Assembly: GCA_041654875.1 (NCBI GenBank)
Contig: JBAZCP010000001.1
Coordinates: 89,920 to 153,919 of the forward strand
DNA from: Candidatus Cloacimonadales bacterium
Lineage (GTDB): Bacteria > Cloacimonadota > Cloacimonadia > Cloacimonadales > WRIO01
Length of the DNA: 64,000 nt
Direction of reading: 5' to 3'
Shown here: positions 1 through 10,831 of the stretch, piece after piece
Position numbering within the stretch: the stretch's first letter is position 1
How the letters are laid out: the number at the start of each line of letters is the position of its first letter
Notes under the pieces: model-generated
What the model was told of the DNA's origin: nothing
Databases searched by the model: none
What the model saw: only the letters and a program-made list of their open reading frames with translations
Translations under genes and position numbers: made by a program

Positions 1-477
1 CATAATCATATCATACAGCCCAAAGCGATGGTTAAAACCTCCACCTACGCGTACAGAATACTTTTCTAAAGACCTTAATAAGGGAGTAGTTTTTCTTGTG
101 TCTAATAGCTTAGAATCATACTTTTTGATGAGATCCACGTGTTGTCTTGTAAGTGTTGCAATGCCACTCATACGCTGCAAGAAGTTTAATGCAACTCTTT
201 CTGCTTGCAAGATTGAACAAGAATAGCCTGTAACCTTTGCAATTGTATCGCCATTTGTAACAGAATCTCCATCTTTTTTGTATGCGATCCAGCTGATATT
301 TGAGTCGATATAATGAAAAGCTGTTTTTGCCACATCTAAACCACAAATAATACCATTTTCTTTTGCGATTAGGTGTGCTGTTGATTCTTTTTTTGGCAAA
401 TCTAAGTACTGTGTTGTTAAGTCTCCTGTCCCTATATCTTCTTCATAAGCTAAAGCTATTAATTTATTACAATCCAT
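1..477 (-). CDS. nadC: Nicotinate-nucleotide (quinolinate) pyrophosphorylase, N-terminal 159 codons; the 3' end runs off the window
   Basis: Manual minus-strand translation from ATG (475-477): MDCNKLIALAYEEDIGTGDLTT...LLDTRKTTPLLRSLEKYSVRVGGGFNHRFGLYDMIM. The TRKT and GGGxNHRxGL signatures are those of quinolinate PRTases. Absent from the ORF track because there is no stop inside the window. Confidence 0.85.
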   Translation of the reverse strand, partial: MDCNKLIALAYEEDIGTGDLTTQYLDLPKKESTAHLIAKENGIICGLDVAKTAFHYIDSNISWIAYKKDGDSVTNGDTIAKVTGYSCSILQAERVALNFLQRMSGIATLTRQHVDLIKKYDSKLLDTRKTTPLLRSLEKYSVRVGGGFNHRFGLYDMIM

Positions 478-565
478 CTAATCCCCCTATATTTATAGCT
501 TAGATTACCATTTTTATAAACATAAAAAATATGTCAATAGACAATTTCTATTTTTCTGTATATTC

Positions 566-1435
566 TTAAATAATTTCGTAATTACTACCAAAAATTGGCG
601 ATTTTAAGCCATCAAGAACCTTTTCTATCAAAACTCCTTCTTTGATATTTCTATCTCTACCAAATGTGCTACGTATGGCTTGAGAGGTGAATTGAACAGC
701 TCTATCTATCGCGATAGGTAAGGAATCTCCTTGTAATAAGCTGCCAGTTACTACACTTGTAAAAATATCACCTGTACCTGGATATGAAGCAGGAATATAC
801 GTACAACTCACTCTCCAAAACTTTGAATTTGATCTTGTATATGCGATAACGCCTGTTAAATGGGGGTTTTGTTCGTTATGTACACCTGTAATTACTACAT
901 TTTCAGGTCCTTGTTCGGACAAACGCAGAGCCCATTCTTTTACTTGCTCGATATTTGGTTGACTATTATATGGTTCATCGAGTAATAAACATACTTCTGT
1001 TGTGTTTGGAGTTATTAAATTTGCTTTACAGATTAGTTTTTTCATTTCTTCTATAAGTTTTAATGACATTGGTGCATATGGCTTACCATCATCACCTAAA
1101 ACAGGGTCAACCACGACTAATAGCTCCTCATGCTTATAAAAATCTATCAATTCTTTGACTATATCAATTTGCTTATCTGAGCCCAAAAACCCACTGTAGA
1201 TAGCGTCAAGTTTGATGCCTTCATTTTTCCAATGTTCAAAAAACATTGTCATTTGCTCAGTCAAATCAAGCATCTTGAAATCTGCATATTCAGTATTAGA
1301 AGATAATACAGCTGTCACAAGTGGTGTTACTTGCACACCCATTGTTGATAAAATAGGTATCACTACCATTAAGCTGACTTTGCCTAAACCAGATAAATCA
1401 TGGATTGCTGCTAAACGTGGTATTGGATTTTTCAT
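566..1435 (-). CDS. pdxK: Pyridoxal/pyridoxamine kinase (ribokinase fold)
   Basis: 289-aa ORF. PdxK-type layout with N-terminal IHDLSGLGKVSL and C-terminal GTGDIFTS anion-hole motif. Confidence 0.8.
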   Translation of the reverse strand: MKNPIPRLAAIHDLSGLGKVSLMVVIPILSTMGVQVTPLVTAVLSSNTEYADFKMLDLTEQMTMFFEHWKNEGIKLDAIYSGFLGSDKQIDIVKELIDFYKHEELLVVVDPVLGDDGKPYAPMSLKLIEEMKKLICKANLITPNTTEVCLLLDEPYNSQPNIEQVKEWALRLSEQGPENVVITGVHNEQNPHLTGVIAYTRSNSKFWRVSCTYIPASYPGTGDIFTSVVTGSLLQGDSLPIAIDRAVQFTSQAIRSTFGRDRNIKEGVLIEKVLDGLKSPIFGSNYEII

Positions 1436-1588
1436 CTATTTATATCTCCCTTAATTGTATCTAAATATATTTCATTTTTAAAATGATTATATATTTGTCA
1501 AGCAGAACTTGTTGTGTATACTGATTTGCATATCGGTATTGCAAAGAAAACAGAAAAATATATATGATTGAGCAGCTTTGAAACATCT

Positions 1589-1696
1589 TTGATTCCCTTT
1601 AAAAACCCATTGATTCTCCAAGATAGCAAGGGGAAAGTAACGGGATGGTAACGGGATGGTAACGGGATGGTAACGGGATGCTAACGGGATGATAAA
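1589..1696 (+). repeat. Locus 1 of a dispersed 11-bp tandem array family: 42-bp conserved left flank (1589-1630) plus the array (1626-1696)
   Basis: The sequence reads GCAAGGGGAAA, GTAACGGGATG x4, CTAACGGGATG, then decays. The flank TTGATTCCCTTTAAAAACCCATTGATTCTCCAAGATAGCAAG recurs at 38349-38390. It is a GC-rich island in a 661-bp ORF-free AT-rich gap. Confidence 0.95.
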
Positions 1697-2096
1697 GATA
1701 ATAACGAAATCATTTTTACTTCTTGATTGTATGTTTTTAATTAATTATTTATAAAAAGTAAACAAATATTTACGTAAAAAATAGATTAGCAAACAACAAA
1801 TATTTTAAAAATATAGTCGAGAGTATCAACTGTTTTAATAAGATTTTTGTTATAAAGAGGTACCATTAATTGTATTCATTAATAATAATTAAGTTCTATT
1901 TAAATAGCAATTTAAAATCTGTTTGGCGTGACAAAGTACTGTATTATAGAAGATAGACTACTATTTAGTCAAGAATCATTTAATATATTGACAAAATTAA
2001 AAAGAAATATTTAGTTGTAATTAGTAGTAAAAAAAATGAAATATAGAGTGTATTTAAGCAATGAGGGGAAATAAATTAAAATAAAAGGAGCTAAAC

Positions 2097-4185
<2,089 letters not shown>

Positions 4186-4202
4186 AAACATATTCAACAA
4201 AT

Positions 4203-4231
4203 ACCGCAACTCTCAATGGGTTGCGGTTTTA
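4203..4231 (+). terminator. Rho-independent terminator after kce
   Basis: Stem ACCGCAAC (4203-4210) pairs with GTTGCGGT (4220-4227), followed by TTTTATT. Confidence 0.75.
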
Positions 4232-4251
4232 TTAATTTTAAGGAAATAAAA

Positions 4252-4728
4252 ATGGATAAAAGACCTTCGTGGCATTTATATTTTATTGAAATGGCTTTTT
4301 TGGTTTCACAACGTGCTACTTGTTTGCGTAGAAAAGTTGGTGCGTTAATAGTAAAAAATAATCAAATACTGTCTACAGGCTATAATGGAGCACCAAAGCA
4401 CATAAGGCATTGTAGCGAAACTGGATGTTTAAGGGAGCAATTAAAAGTACCATCAGGCGAGAGGCATGAATTATGCAGAGGTGTGCATGCGGAACAAAAT
4501 GCGATTATACAAGCAGCAGTAAATGGAACAACTATAGATAAATCAATAATGTATTGTACTAATCACCCATGCTCAATATGTGCAAAAATGCTTATAAATG
4601 CCGAGATTAATAGTATTTATATTGCTGAAGATTATCCTGATAAATTGGCTAAAGAAATGCTTGAAGAGGCTGGAATTGAGTTAATATTAGTTGATCGTAT
4701 TACAGGAGATTTGAAAAAACTTTTATAA
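4252..4728 (+). CDS. comEB: dCMP deaminase (ComEB/cytidylate deaminase family)
   Basis: Zinc-binding HAEQNAI and PCSICAKM motifs. I moved the start from the track's 4216 to ATG 4252 (MDKRPSW). The first 12 track codons lie inside the kce terminator hairpin, and AAGGA precedes 4252. Confidence 0.85.
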   Translation: MDKRPSWHLYFIEMAFLVSQRATCLRRKVGALIVKNNQILSTGYNGAPKHIRHCSETGCLREQLKVPSGERHELCRGVHAEQNAIIQAAVNGTTIDKSIMYCTNHPCSICAKMLINAEINSIYIAEDYPDKLAKEMLEEAGIELILVDRITGDLKKLL

Positions 4729-4746
4729 TAACTTTTAGGAGTACTT

Positions 4747-5886
4747 TTGTTTCTAATCTTCTTTTCTGTGGTGATTGTTGTTTACAGTTCAATTAATTAT
4801 TATATTTATAGACATTTACTTCCGATATTCAATAACAACCCACTTGTAAAAAATATCTACCTCGCTACTTTTATCGTTCTTGCATCTTCTTATTTCTTCT
4901 ATCGTATTTTTGACAAAATACATTCTACACCATTTGTGAAGATATTTGGACAAATCGGCTCAATATGGCTAATAATAATGGTATATGCTCTTTTTATTCT
5001 AATTTCATTTGATGTATTTTACCTTATATTTAAGTACTGCTTACCAACTGTGTTTAAATCAATTAGCTCTATTTATGTAATAAAATATATTTTACCAATA
5101 TTGTTTTTGATGATTATTACCGTATTAACTTTGATAGGCATTAAGAATGCTAAACCAGCAAAAGTAAAAGAAATAACAATTAAAAGCTCTGCTTATAAAA
5201 AACTTAACAGACCTTATAAAATTGCTTATGCATCAGATTTGCATATCAATGATTTATTCTTTCCTGATGCTGTTAAGTACTTAGTGGATATTGTAAATAA
5301 AAACGATGTTGATTTTATGTTACTTGGAGGCGATGTGTTTACTGAAGATGTTTCACATTTGTCTTACCACGATAGCGGAGGGCTGCTTAAATCAATCAAT
5401 ACCAAGTATGGTGTCTATACAGTCTTTGGTAACCATGAATATATTGGAAGTATTGAAAGTGCTATTAATCATTTTAATAAGTATAATATCAAAATATTAA
5501 ACGATAATTCTGTTACTATTAATGACGAAATAATTGTTGTTGGTCGTGATGATATAGTGTCAGAAAATATGAACAAGAAAAAAAGAGCTTCTATTAAAGA
5601 ATTATTGACTCCACAATCAGATAGTATGTTTACTATATTAATTGATCATCAACCAAAATCTTTTGCAGAGGGAAAAGGCTTGCCTATTGACTTGTACCTC
5701 TCTGGGCATACACATCATGGACAAATGTTTCCCTTTTCTTTAATTACTAAAAAAGTCTTTGATAATAGCTGGGGTTTGATAAAACGAGAAGATTCTTATT
5801 ATTACGTATCTTGTGGTTATGGCTTTTGGGGTCCTCCAGCACGTATTGGCAGTCACTCTGAATTGGTAATATTTACAATTGAATAA
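4747..5886 (+). CDS. Membrane-anchored metallophosphoesterase (calcineurin-like)
   Basis: N-terminal TM helices are followed by the DLH, GGD, GNHEY and GHTHHGQ motifs. TTG start with an AGGAG RBS 6-7 nt upstream. Confidence 0.8.
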   Translation: MFLIFFSVVIVVYSSINYYIYRHLLPIFNNNPLVKNIYLATFIVLASSYFFYRIFDKIHSTPFVKIFGQIGSIWLIIMVYALFILISFDVFYLIFKYCLPTVFKSISSIYVIKYILPILFLMIITVLTLIGIKNAKPAKVKEITIKSSAYKKLNRPYKIAYASDLHINDLFFPDAVKYLVDIVNKNDVDFMLLGGDVFTEDVSHLSYHDSGGLLKSINTKYGVYTVFGNHEYIGSIESAINHFNKYNIKILNDNSVTINDEIIVVGRDDIVSENMNKKKRASIKELLTPQSDSMFTILIDHQPKSFAEGKGLPIDLYLSGHTHHGQMFPFSLITKKVFDNSWGLIKREDSYYYVSCGYGFWGPPARIGSHSELVIFTIE

Positions 5887-7132
5887 ATATTTAAATAGAC
5901 TTCTCAACGTCTTCAATAGCTTTAAAATAAAGAATTACTCAATCTATTTTTTGGGGCAAGGTACTTCTCTTATAGGCACTTGGATTCAACGTACTGCACT
6001 TAGTTGGCTTATATATCGAGTGACAGACTCTGTTTTATGGCTTGGTTTAATAGGCTTTGTAGGTAAAATCCCATCATTGTTTATAACTCCTTTTGCTGGA
6101 GTAATAGCCGATAAATTTCATAGACATAAGATTTTAAAGATTTCACAGATATGCATGTTGATACAAGCATTTGCTCTTTTTATAATTGTGTTACTTAATG
6201 ATGTAAAAATATGGCAAATTGTATTATTATCATTAATTTTAGGCACGATAGAAACTTTTGAAACACCAGTTCGTCATGCTTTTATATTCGATATAATTAA
6301 AGATAGAGAAAAAATGGCAAATGCGATAGGTTTGAACTCAGCCATGTTTAATATAGCCCGATTAGTTGGGCCCGGTATTGCAGGGTATTTAGTAGCACAT
6401 ATTGGCGAGGCGTATTGTTTTTTGATTAATTCTATATCATTCTTAGCTATGCTCTTAGCACTTTTTAACATGAAAATTGATAGCGTAAAGAAAAACATTA
6501 TTAAATCACCTTTTTTCAGCAATCTTAAAGAAGGCTTTTCATATGTAATTGAGTTTGAGCCTATACGTTATTTGTTGTTTAATGTCAGCATGTTCACCCT
6601 TTTAGGGCAGTCATATACAGTGATATTGCCCTATTTTGCCAAAGAAGTATTTGGTGGTGATTCACGAATTTTAGGTTTGATAATGTCTGCAGTTGGTGGA
6701 GGAGCATTTAGCGGAGCAATATATTTAGCTTCACGCAAAACCACTAAAGGCTTAACTACAATCATATCAAATTTAGGCTTTTTTGCAACAGTTTGCCTGA
6801 TGGTAGTAGCCTATTCAAAAATATATTACCTGAGCTTGGTATTGATTTTTTTAACAAGTTTAGGCATGATGATGCAAATGGCAGGATCAAATACAATCAT
6901 ACAAAGTATTGTTGACGAAGACAAACGTGGTAGAGTGATGAGTATATATTCTATGTCGTTTTTGATATTCTTGCCATTAGGTAGCCTTCTTATCGGTACT
7001 GCATCGAAGTATTTGGGTGTGGAAAACTCAGTATTTTTATCAGCATTATTATGTTGCATAGCAAGTTTTGTATTTAGATTAAAAGTACCACTTATAAGAC
7101 AAAAATTATCTGAAAAAAATGTAGTTGTATGA
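5879..7132 (+). CDS. MFS transporter (EntS/MFS_3-like)
   Basis: 417 aa with about 12 hydrophobic helices. The TTG start overlaps the upstream stop; the exact start is uncertain. Confidence 0.7.
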   Translation: MNKYLNRLLNVFNSFKIKNYSIYFLGQGTSLIGTWIQRTALSWLIYRVTDSVLWLGLIGFVGKIPSLFITPFAGVIADKFHRHKILKISQICMLIQAFALFIIVLLNDVKIWQIVLLSLILGTIETFETPVRHAFIFDIIKDREKMANAIGLNSAMFNIARLVGPGIAGYLVAHIGEAYCFLINSISFLAMLLALFNMKIDSVKKNIIKSPFFSNLKEGFSYVIEFEPIRYLLFNVSMFTLLGQSYTVILPYFAKEVFGGDSRILGLIMSAVGGGAFSGAIYLASRKTTKGLTTIISNLGFFATVCLMVVAYSKIYYLSLVLIFLTSLGMMMQMAGSNTIIQSIVDEDKRGRVMSIYSMSFLIFLPLGSLLIGTASKYLGVENSVFLSALLCCIASFVFRLKVPLIRQKLSEKNVVV

Positions 7133-7179
7133 CGTTTATCCGTCTTGGTTTATACGAATATTAGCTTTTTATTATCTTA

Positions 7180-7208
7180 TTGATCATTATTCCTTGACAT
7201 ATTATAGT
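7180..7208 (+). promoter_or_regulatory. Candidate sigma-70-type promoter of the thiamine operon
   Basis: TTGATC (7180-7185), a 17-bp spacer, then TATAGT (7203-7208), about 30 nt upstream of the TPP aptamer. Confidence 0.45.
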
Positions 7209-7236
7209 ATTAAATTTGTTTTGATTATGTAGAGAA

Positions 7237-7308
7237 TTTCTACAGGGGTGCTCGCAAGGGCTGAGATTAAACCCTTTGAACCTGATCCGGGTAATGCCGG
7301 CGTAGGGA
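7237..7308 (+). promoter_or_regulatory. TPP (THI-box) riboswitch aptamer
   Basis: Canonical core AGGGGTGC...CTGAGA...ACCCTTTGAACCTGATCCGGGTAATGCCGGCGTAGGGA. P1 pairs TTTCTAC with GTAGGGA. Downstream, CCCTCC (7340-7345) can pair either with GGGAGG (7305-7310) or with the SD GGAGG (7374-7378). Confidence 0.93.
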
Positions 7309-7382
7309 GGATAGATAAATCCCATACCTATGCCTATTACCCTCCAATGCAGGATATTACTGCAAATATGAAAGGAGGAGTA

Positions 7383-8156
7383 ATGGAAGCTATAGTTTCC
7401 AATGCCATAGTGCATTCATACTTCAAAAAGCTACAAGACGCTTTGAGTCTTGATGTCGTAGTTGTTGGAGGTGGTCCATCAGGACTGGTAGCAAGTGAAA
7501 GTCTTGCTAAAAAAGGTTTTAAAGTCGCTCTATTTGATTCAAAACTCTCACCAGGCGGTGGCATGTGGGGCGGAGCAATGATGTTTAATGAGCTTGTTAT
7601 CCAAAAAGAAGCATGGCATATTCTCGAAGAATTTAATATCAAATATACAAAAATCTCCGAAGACCTTGCCACTGCAGACTCTATTCAAGCAACTTCATCA
7701 CTAATATATCACAGTAGTAAGGCTGGAGTTAAAGTGTTTAACTGTATATCAGTTGAAGACGTCGTATTTATAAATAATCGAGTATCAGGAGTTGTAATAA
7801 ACTGGACCCCTATCGGCAGGTTGGATATGCATGTCGACCCGTTGATGGTACGTTCAAAAGTAGTTCTTGATGCCACAGGTCATCCATCTGAAATTGCCAA
7901 AATTACTGCACAGAAAAATAATATCAAACTAAATACCGTAACTGGTATGATAATGGGGGAGATGTCTCTCTCAATTGATGAAGGTGAAAAAAGTACAATC
8001 GAAAATACCAAAGAAGCATATCCTGGACTTTATGTATCTGGTATGGCAGCAAATGGAGTGTTTGGTAGTTTTAGAATGGGACCAATATTTGGAGGTATGC
8101 TACAATCAGGTAAAAGTGCTGCAGAATCTATTGCAAAGGAATTGAGCAATGAATGA
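7383..8156 (+). CDS. thi4: Thiazole synthase, Thi4 family (archaeal-type, His variant)
   Basis: FAD motif VVVGGGPSGL and GGGMWGGAMMF are present. MHVDPL carries His (codon 7830-7832) where yeast THI4 has the sacrificial Cys. Start moved to ATG 7383 (AAAGGAGG RBS); the track ORF start at 7248 lies inside the riboswitch. Confidence 0.88.
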   Translation: MEAIVSNAIVHSYFKKLQDALSLDVVVVGGGPSGLVASESLAKKGFKVALFDSKLSPGGGMWGGAMMFNELVIQKEAWHILEEFNIKYTKISEDLATADSIQATSSLIYHSSKAGVKVFNCISVEDVVFINNRVSGVVINWTPIGRLDMHVDPLMVRSKVVLDATGHPSEIAKITAQKNNIKLNTVTGMIMGEMSLSIDEGEKSTIENTKEAYPGLYVSGMAANGVFGSFRMGPIFGGMLQSGKSAAESIAKELSNE

Positions 8157-8775
8157 CTTCGGGCTTTATATCATATTAACCAATCCAACAATTTCCTATA
8201 CAAAAGCAGCAGAAATATGTGTAAAACATAAGATTAAATACTTACAACTCCGAGAAAAAGAAATGCCTGATAAAGATCTGTTGCAGCTTGCAAAAGATAT
8301 TCAATCAATATGTAAAGGCTCAAATACAAAATTCATTGTTAACGATAATATCGCTATTGCAAAGCTATCAAATGCTGATGGGGTGCATCTTGGTCAAGAT
8401 GACTTGAGCAAAGAGGATGCAATTAGAATTCTTAACAATAAGATTATCGGTTTATCCACACACAGCATTTCACAAGCTCAAATAGCATTGCAAAAAAAAC
8501 CTAATTATATTGGCTTTGGTCCTTTATTTGCAACACCTACAAAGAAAAAACCTGATCCAGTTGTGGGATTATCTCCAATCAATGACGTTTTGAAAATGAG
8601 CGATGAATATGGCATACCAGTTGTCGGTATCGGTGGTATTAATGATACTAATATCTCAGATGTTTTAGATGCTGGTATTCGTAATGTGGCTTTAGTTCGG
8701 TATTTTATGAACCATACTGATTTTGAAAATAGGCTAATAAAAATGAAAGAACTGATAGAAAGAAGGGAAAAATGA
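8149..8775 (+). CDS. thiE: Thiamine-phosphate synthase
   Basis: 208 aa with a ThiE-like layout (YLQLREK, GVHLGQDD, GFGPLFATPTK, IGGI). Its start overlaps the thi4 stop. Confidence 0.88.
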   Translation: MNDFGLYIILTNPTISYTKAAEICVKHKIKYLQLREKEMPDKDLLQLAKDIQSICKGSNTKFIVNDNIAIAKLSNADGVHLGQDDLSKEDAIRILNNKIIGLSTHSISQAQIALQKKPNYIGFGPLFATPTKKKPDPVVGLSPINDVLKMSDEYGIPVVGIGGINDTNISDVLDAGIRNVALVRYFMNHTDFENRLIKMKELIERREK

Positions 8776-10040
8776 GTATAATTAACGATGCTAAAATAAA
8801 TAAGAACAATAATGCTATTAATGAAGCAGCTGAATATGATGGGGTAGATAAAAGAATCATTATTGATGGGCTGCTTGATGGTACAATAGTGATACCAAAA
8901 AATAATAATAGAAAGTTTAAGGCAAGAGCCATTGGAAAAGGATTGACTACTAAAGTAAATATCAATTTGGGAGTGTCTGAGGATAATATAGATTTAAACG
9001 AAGAATTAAAAAAACTGGAAGTTGCAATAAACTTTGGTGCAGACAGCTTTATGGATTTATCAACTGCTGGCAATTTGGACAAGATTCGTAAAGAGCTTTT
9101 GGCTCATAGTGGTATCATGATTGGAACTGTGCCCATTTATTCTGTTATTGCTGACCTCATTGAGCATGATAAAAGTCTTAATGATATGACAACAGATATG
9201 CTTTTTGAAGAAATTGAAAAGCAAGCTGAACAGGGAGTTGACTTTATGACGGTACATTGTGGAATAACTTTAAAAAGTTTAAGCTTTCTTGATGAAAACC
9301 CTCGACTTGTCGGCATAGTTAGCAGAGGCGGAAGTATGCTTGCACGCTGGATGAGAGTTAATAAAAAAGAGAATCCATTATATGAGCATTTTGATAGGCT
9401 TTTAGCAATTTGCAGAAAACATGAAGTAACTTTGAGTCTTGGCGATGGATTGAGGCCCGGCGGACAGGCAGATGCGACTGATCAAGCACAAATAGCCGAG
9501 CTGATGGTACTTGGTGAACTTGTACAAAAATGTAGGGCTGAAAATGTACAAGTGATGGTCGAAGGTCCTGGTCATGTGCCTTGGAAAGATATTAAAATGA
9601 ATGTCGAGTTGCAGAAGAGCTTATGTAAGGATGCTCCATTTTATGTATTAGGTCCCCTTACAACTGATATTGCAGCTGGGTATGATCATATAACAGGTGC
9701 AATAGGGGCAACAGCAGCTGCTGTTTATGGTGCTGATTTCCTCTGCTGTGTGACTCCTTCCGAACATCTTTGCTTGCCTAACGTTGATGATATAAAGCAA
9801 GGCACTATTGCATTTAAAATTGCAGCTCATAGTGCAGATATTTCCAAAGGTATCAAGTCGGCTATTCAAAGAGATTATCAAGTCTCAAAAGCACGAGCAA
9901 TGCTTGATTGGAATGAAATGTATAAGCATTTATTAGACCCAGAATTGGCAAAGTCAAGAAAACAAGAGACAAGTTCTGGTAAAAATGAATGTTCAATGTG
10001 TGGAAAGCATTGTGCTATTAAAGTTACTCAACAAATATAG
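8772..10040 (+). CDS. thiC: Phosphomethylpyrimidine synthase
   Basis: 422 aa with ThiC core motifs (GTVPIY, MTVHCG, VSRGGS, EGPGHVP) and a C-terminal CxxC-type cluster (CSMCGKHC). Confidence 0.93.
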   Translation: MSIINDAKINKNNNAINEAAEYDGVDKRIIIDGLLDGTIVIPKNNNRKFKARAIGKGLTTKVNINLGVSEDNIDLNEELKKLEVAINFGADSFMDLSTAGNLDKIRKELLAHSGIMIGTVPIYSVIADLIEHDKSLNDMTTDMLFEEIEKQAEQGVDFMTVHCGITLKSLSFLDENPRLVGIVSRGGSMLARWMRVNKKENPLYEHFDRLLAICRKHEVTLSLGDGLRPGGQADATDQAQIAELMVLGELVQKCRAENVQVMVEGPGHVPWKDIKMNVELQKSLCKDAPFYVLGPLTTDIAAGYDHITGAIGATAAAVYGADFLCCVTPSEHLCLPNVDDIKQGTIAFKIAAHSADISKGIKSAIQRDYQVSKARAMLDWNEMYKHLLDPELAKSRKQETSSGKNECSMCGKHCAIKVTQQI

Positions 10041-10047
10041 CCAATTC

Positions 10048-10080
10048 AGGTACGCTGTCTTACGATGGCGTACCTTTATT
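10048..10080 (+). terminator. Hairpin after thiC (weak terminator or processing/stability element)
   Basis: AGGTACGC (10048-10055) pairs with GCGTACCT (10068-10075), followed only by TTATT. thiD starts 14 nt later with its own RBS. Confidence 0.3.
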
Positions 10081-10093
10081 CATGAGGTAACAA

Positions 10094-10831
10094 ATGAAAT
10101 ACTTCTTAACTATTGCAGCTTCTGATACGTCTGGTGGAGCAGGTATTCAACAAGACTTAAAAGTGGCACAATACTACGGTTTTTGGGGTTTGTCGGTCAT
10201 TACAGCCATTACAGTGCAAGACTTTGAGCAAGTATATTGTGTTCAATCTGTCGATTTAAATATGCTTGAAGCACAAATAGCTCAACTTTTTAAAACTTTT
10301 AACCCTGATTGTATAAAGATAGGACTTATTCCAAATAGCCAAATGCTCGATTTAATAGCTTTTTATTTAAAAAAAACTAATGCTTTTGTTGTACTTGACC
10401 CTGTTTTGAAATCAAGTTCTGGTTTTGATTTTGTTGATAAAGACTATATCTCAATATTAAAATCGATACTGTTGAAAAATATTAGCATATTAACGCCAAA
10501 TAGCTATGAATTTGGACTTTTGAATGATAAAGTGTATGAAGAGTATGCTATGGCTTTACAAGACGCTAAATTGTTCGTAAAAAGATATAAATGTGCAATA
10601 TATTTAAAGGGTGGGCATTTTATTGATAAACAGATAAAAGAAGCTTATATTAGCCACGACAATTTTCAAGAGTTAAGCTATGAGAGAAATAAATGGGTTT
10701 ATTCACACGGTACAGGATGTGCTTTTTCATCAGCTTTGGCTATCAACAGTATTATTCATAGCGATATAAAAAAAGTGCTTCATGAATCTCACAGATATGT
10801 ACAAGATTTTTATGAAGCACTCAATATTTAA
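10094..10831 (+). CDS. thiD: Hydroxymethylpyrimidine/phosphomethylpyrimidine kinase
   Basis: N-terminal LTIAASDTSGGAGIQQDLK and C-terminal GTGCAFSSA are typical of ThiD. Confidence 0.88.
   Translation: MKYFLTIAASDTSGGAGIQQDLKVAQYYGFWGLSVITAITVQDFEQVYCVQSVDLNMLEAQIAQLFKTFNPDCIKIGLIPNSQMLDLIAFYLKKTNAFVVLDPVLKSSSGFDFVDKDYISILKSILLKNISILTPNSYEFGLLNDKVYEEYAMALQDAKLFVKRYKCAIYLKGGHFIDKQIKEAYISHDNFQELSYERNKWVYSHGTGCAFSSALAINSIIHSDIKKVLHESHRYVQDFYEALNI

Noticed and set aside
116-346. Numerous 60-145-aa track ORFs antisense to or nested in strong CDSs. Examples: 116-346, 1212-1454, 2858-3097, 6274-6522, 8705-9082, 11600-11909, 14375-14599, 22037-22315, 26184-26618, 27721-28104, 33468-33814, 52907-53128, 57097-57363, 59667-59894 and 60546-60800.
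   Set aside because: Each lies opposite or out of frame within a CDS with clear family motifs. Their sequences are low-complexity and they lack RBSs, which is typical of spurious ORFs in AT-rich DNA.
1642-1696. Mini-ORFs inside the arrays: ATG GTA ACG GGA TGG TAA (MVTGW*) is generated by every pair of units, with a GGGA just upstream.
   Set aside because: It is a direct arithmetic consequence of the repeat. There is no proper SD spacing. At locus 1 the last in-array ATGs read into the variant and decaying units and give different short peptides, and locus 3 contains only two complete copies. Coding function is very unlikely.
4216-4251. The track's upstream start ([12 protein letters not shown]) for the dCMP deaminase ORF.
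   Set aside because: These codons are the right arm and T-run of the kce terminator hairpin. ATG 4252 has an RBS and gives a normal ComEB N-terminus.
7248-7382. The track's long N-terminal extension of thi4 (MLARAEIKPFEPDPGNAGVG...) and the antisense ORFs 7161-7415 and 7337-7672.
   Set aside because: The extension is the TPP riboswitch read as protein. The true start, 7383, has AAAGGAGG upstream. The antisense ORFs overlap the riboswitch and thi4.
8452-8460. A perfect DnaA-box 9-mer, TTATCCACA.
   Set aside because: It is a single copy inside the thiE coding sequence, with no cluster, no AT-rich unwinding element context and no dnaA/dnaN nearby. It is not an origin.
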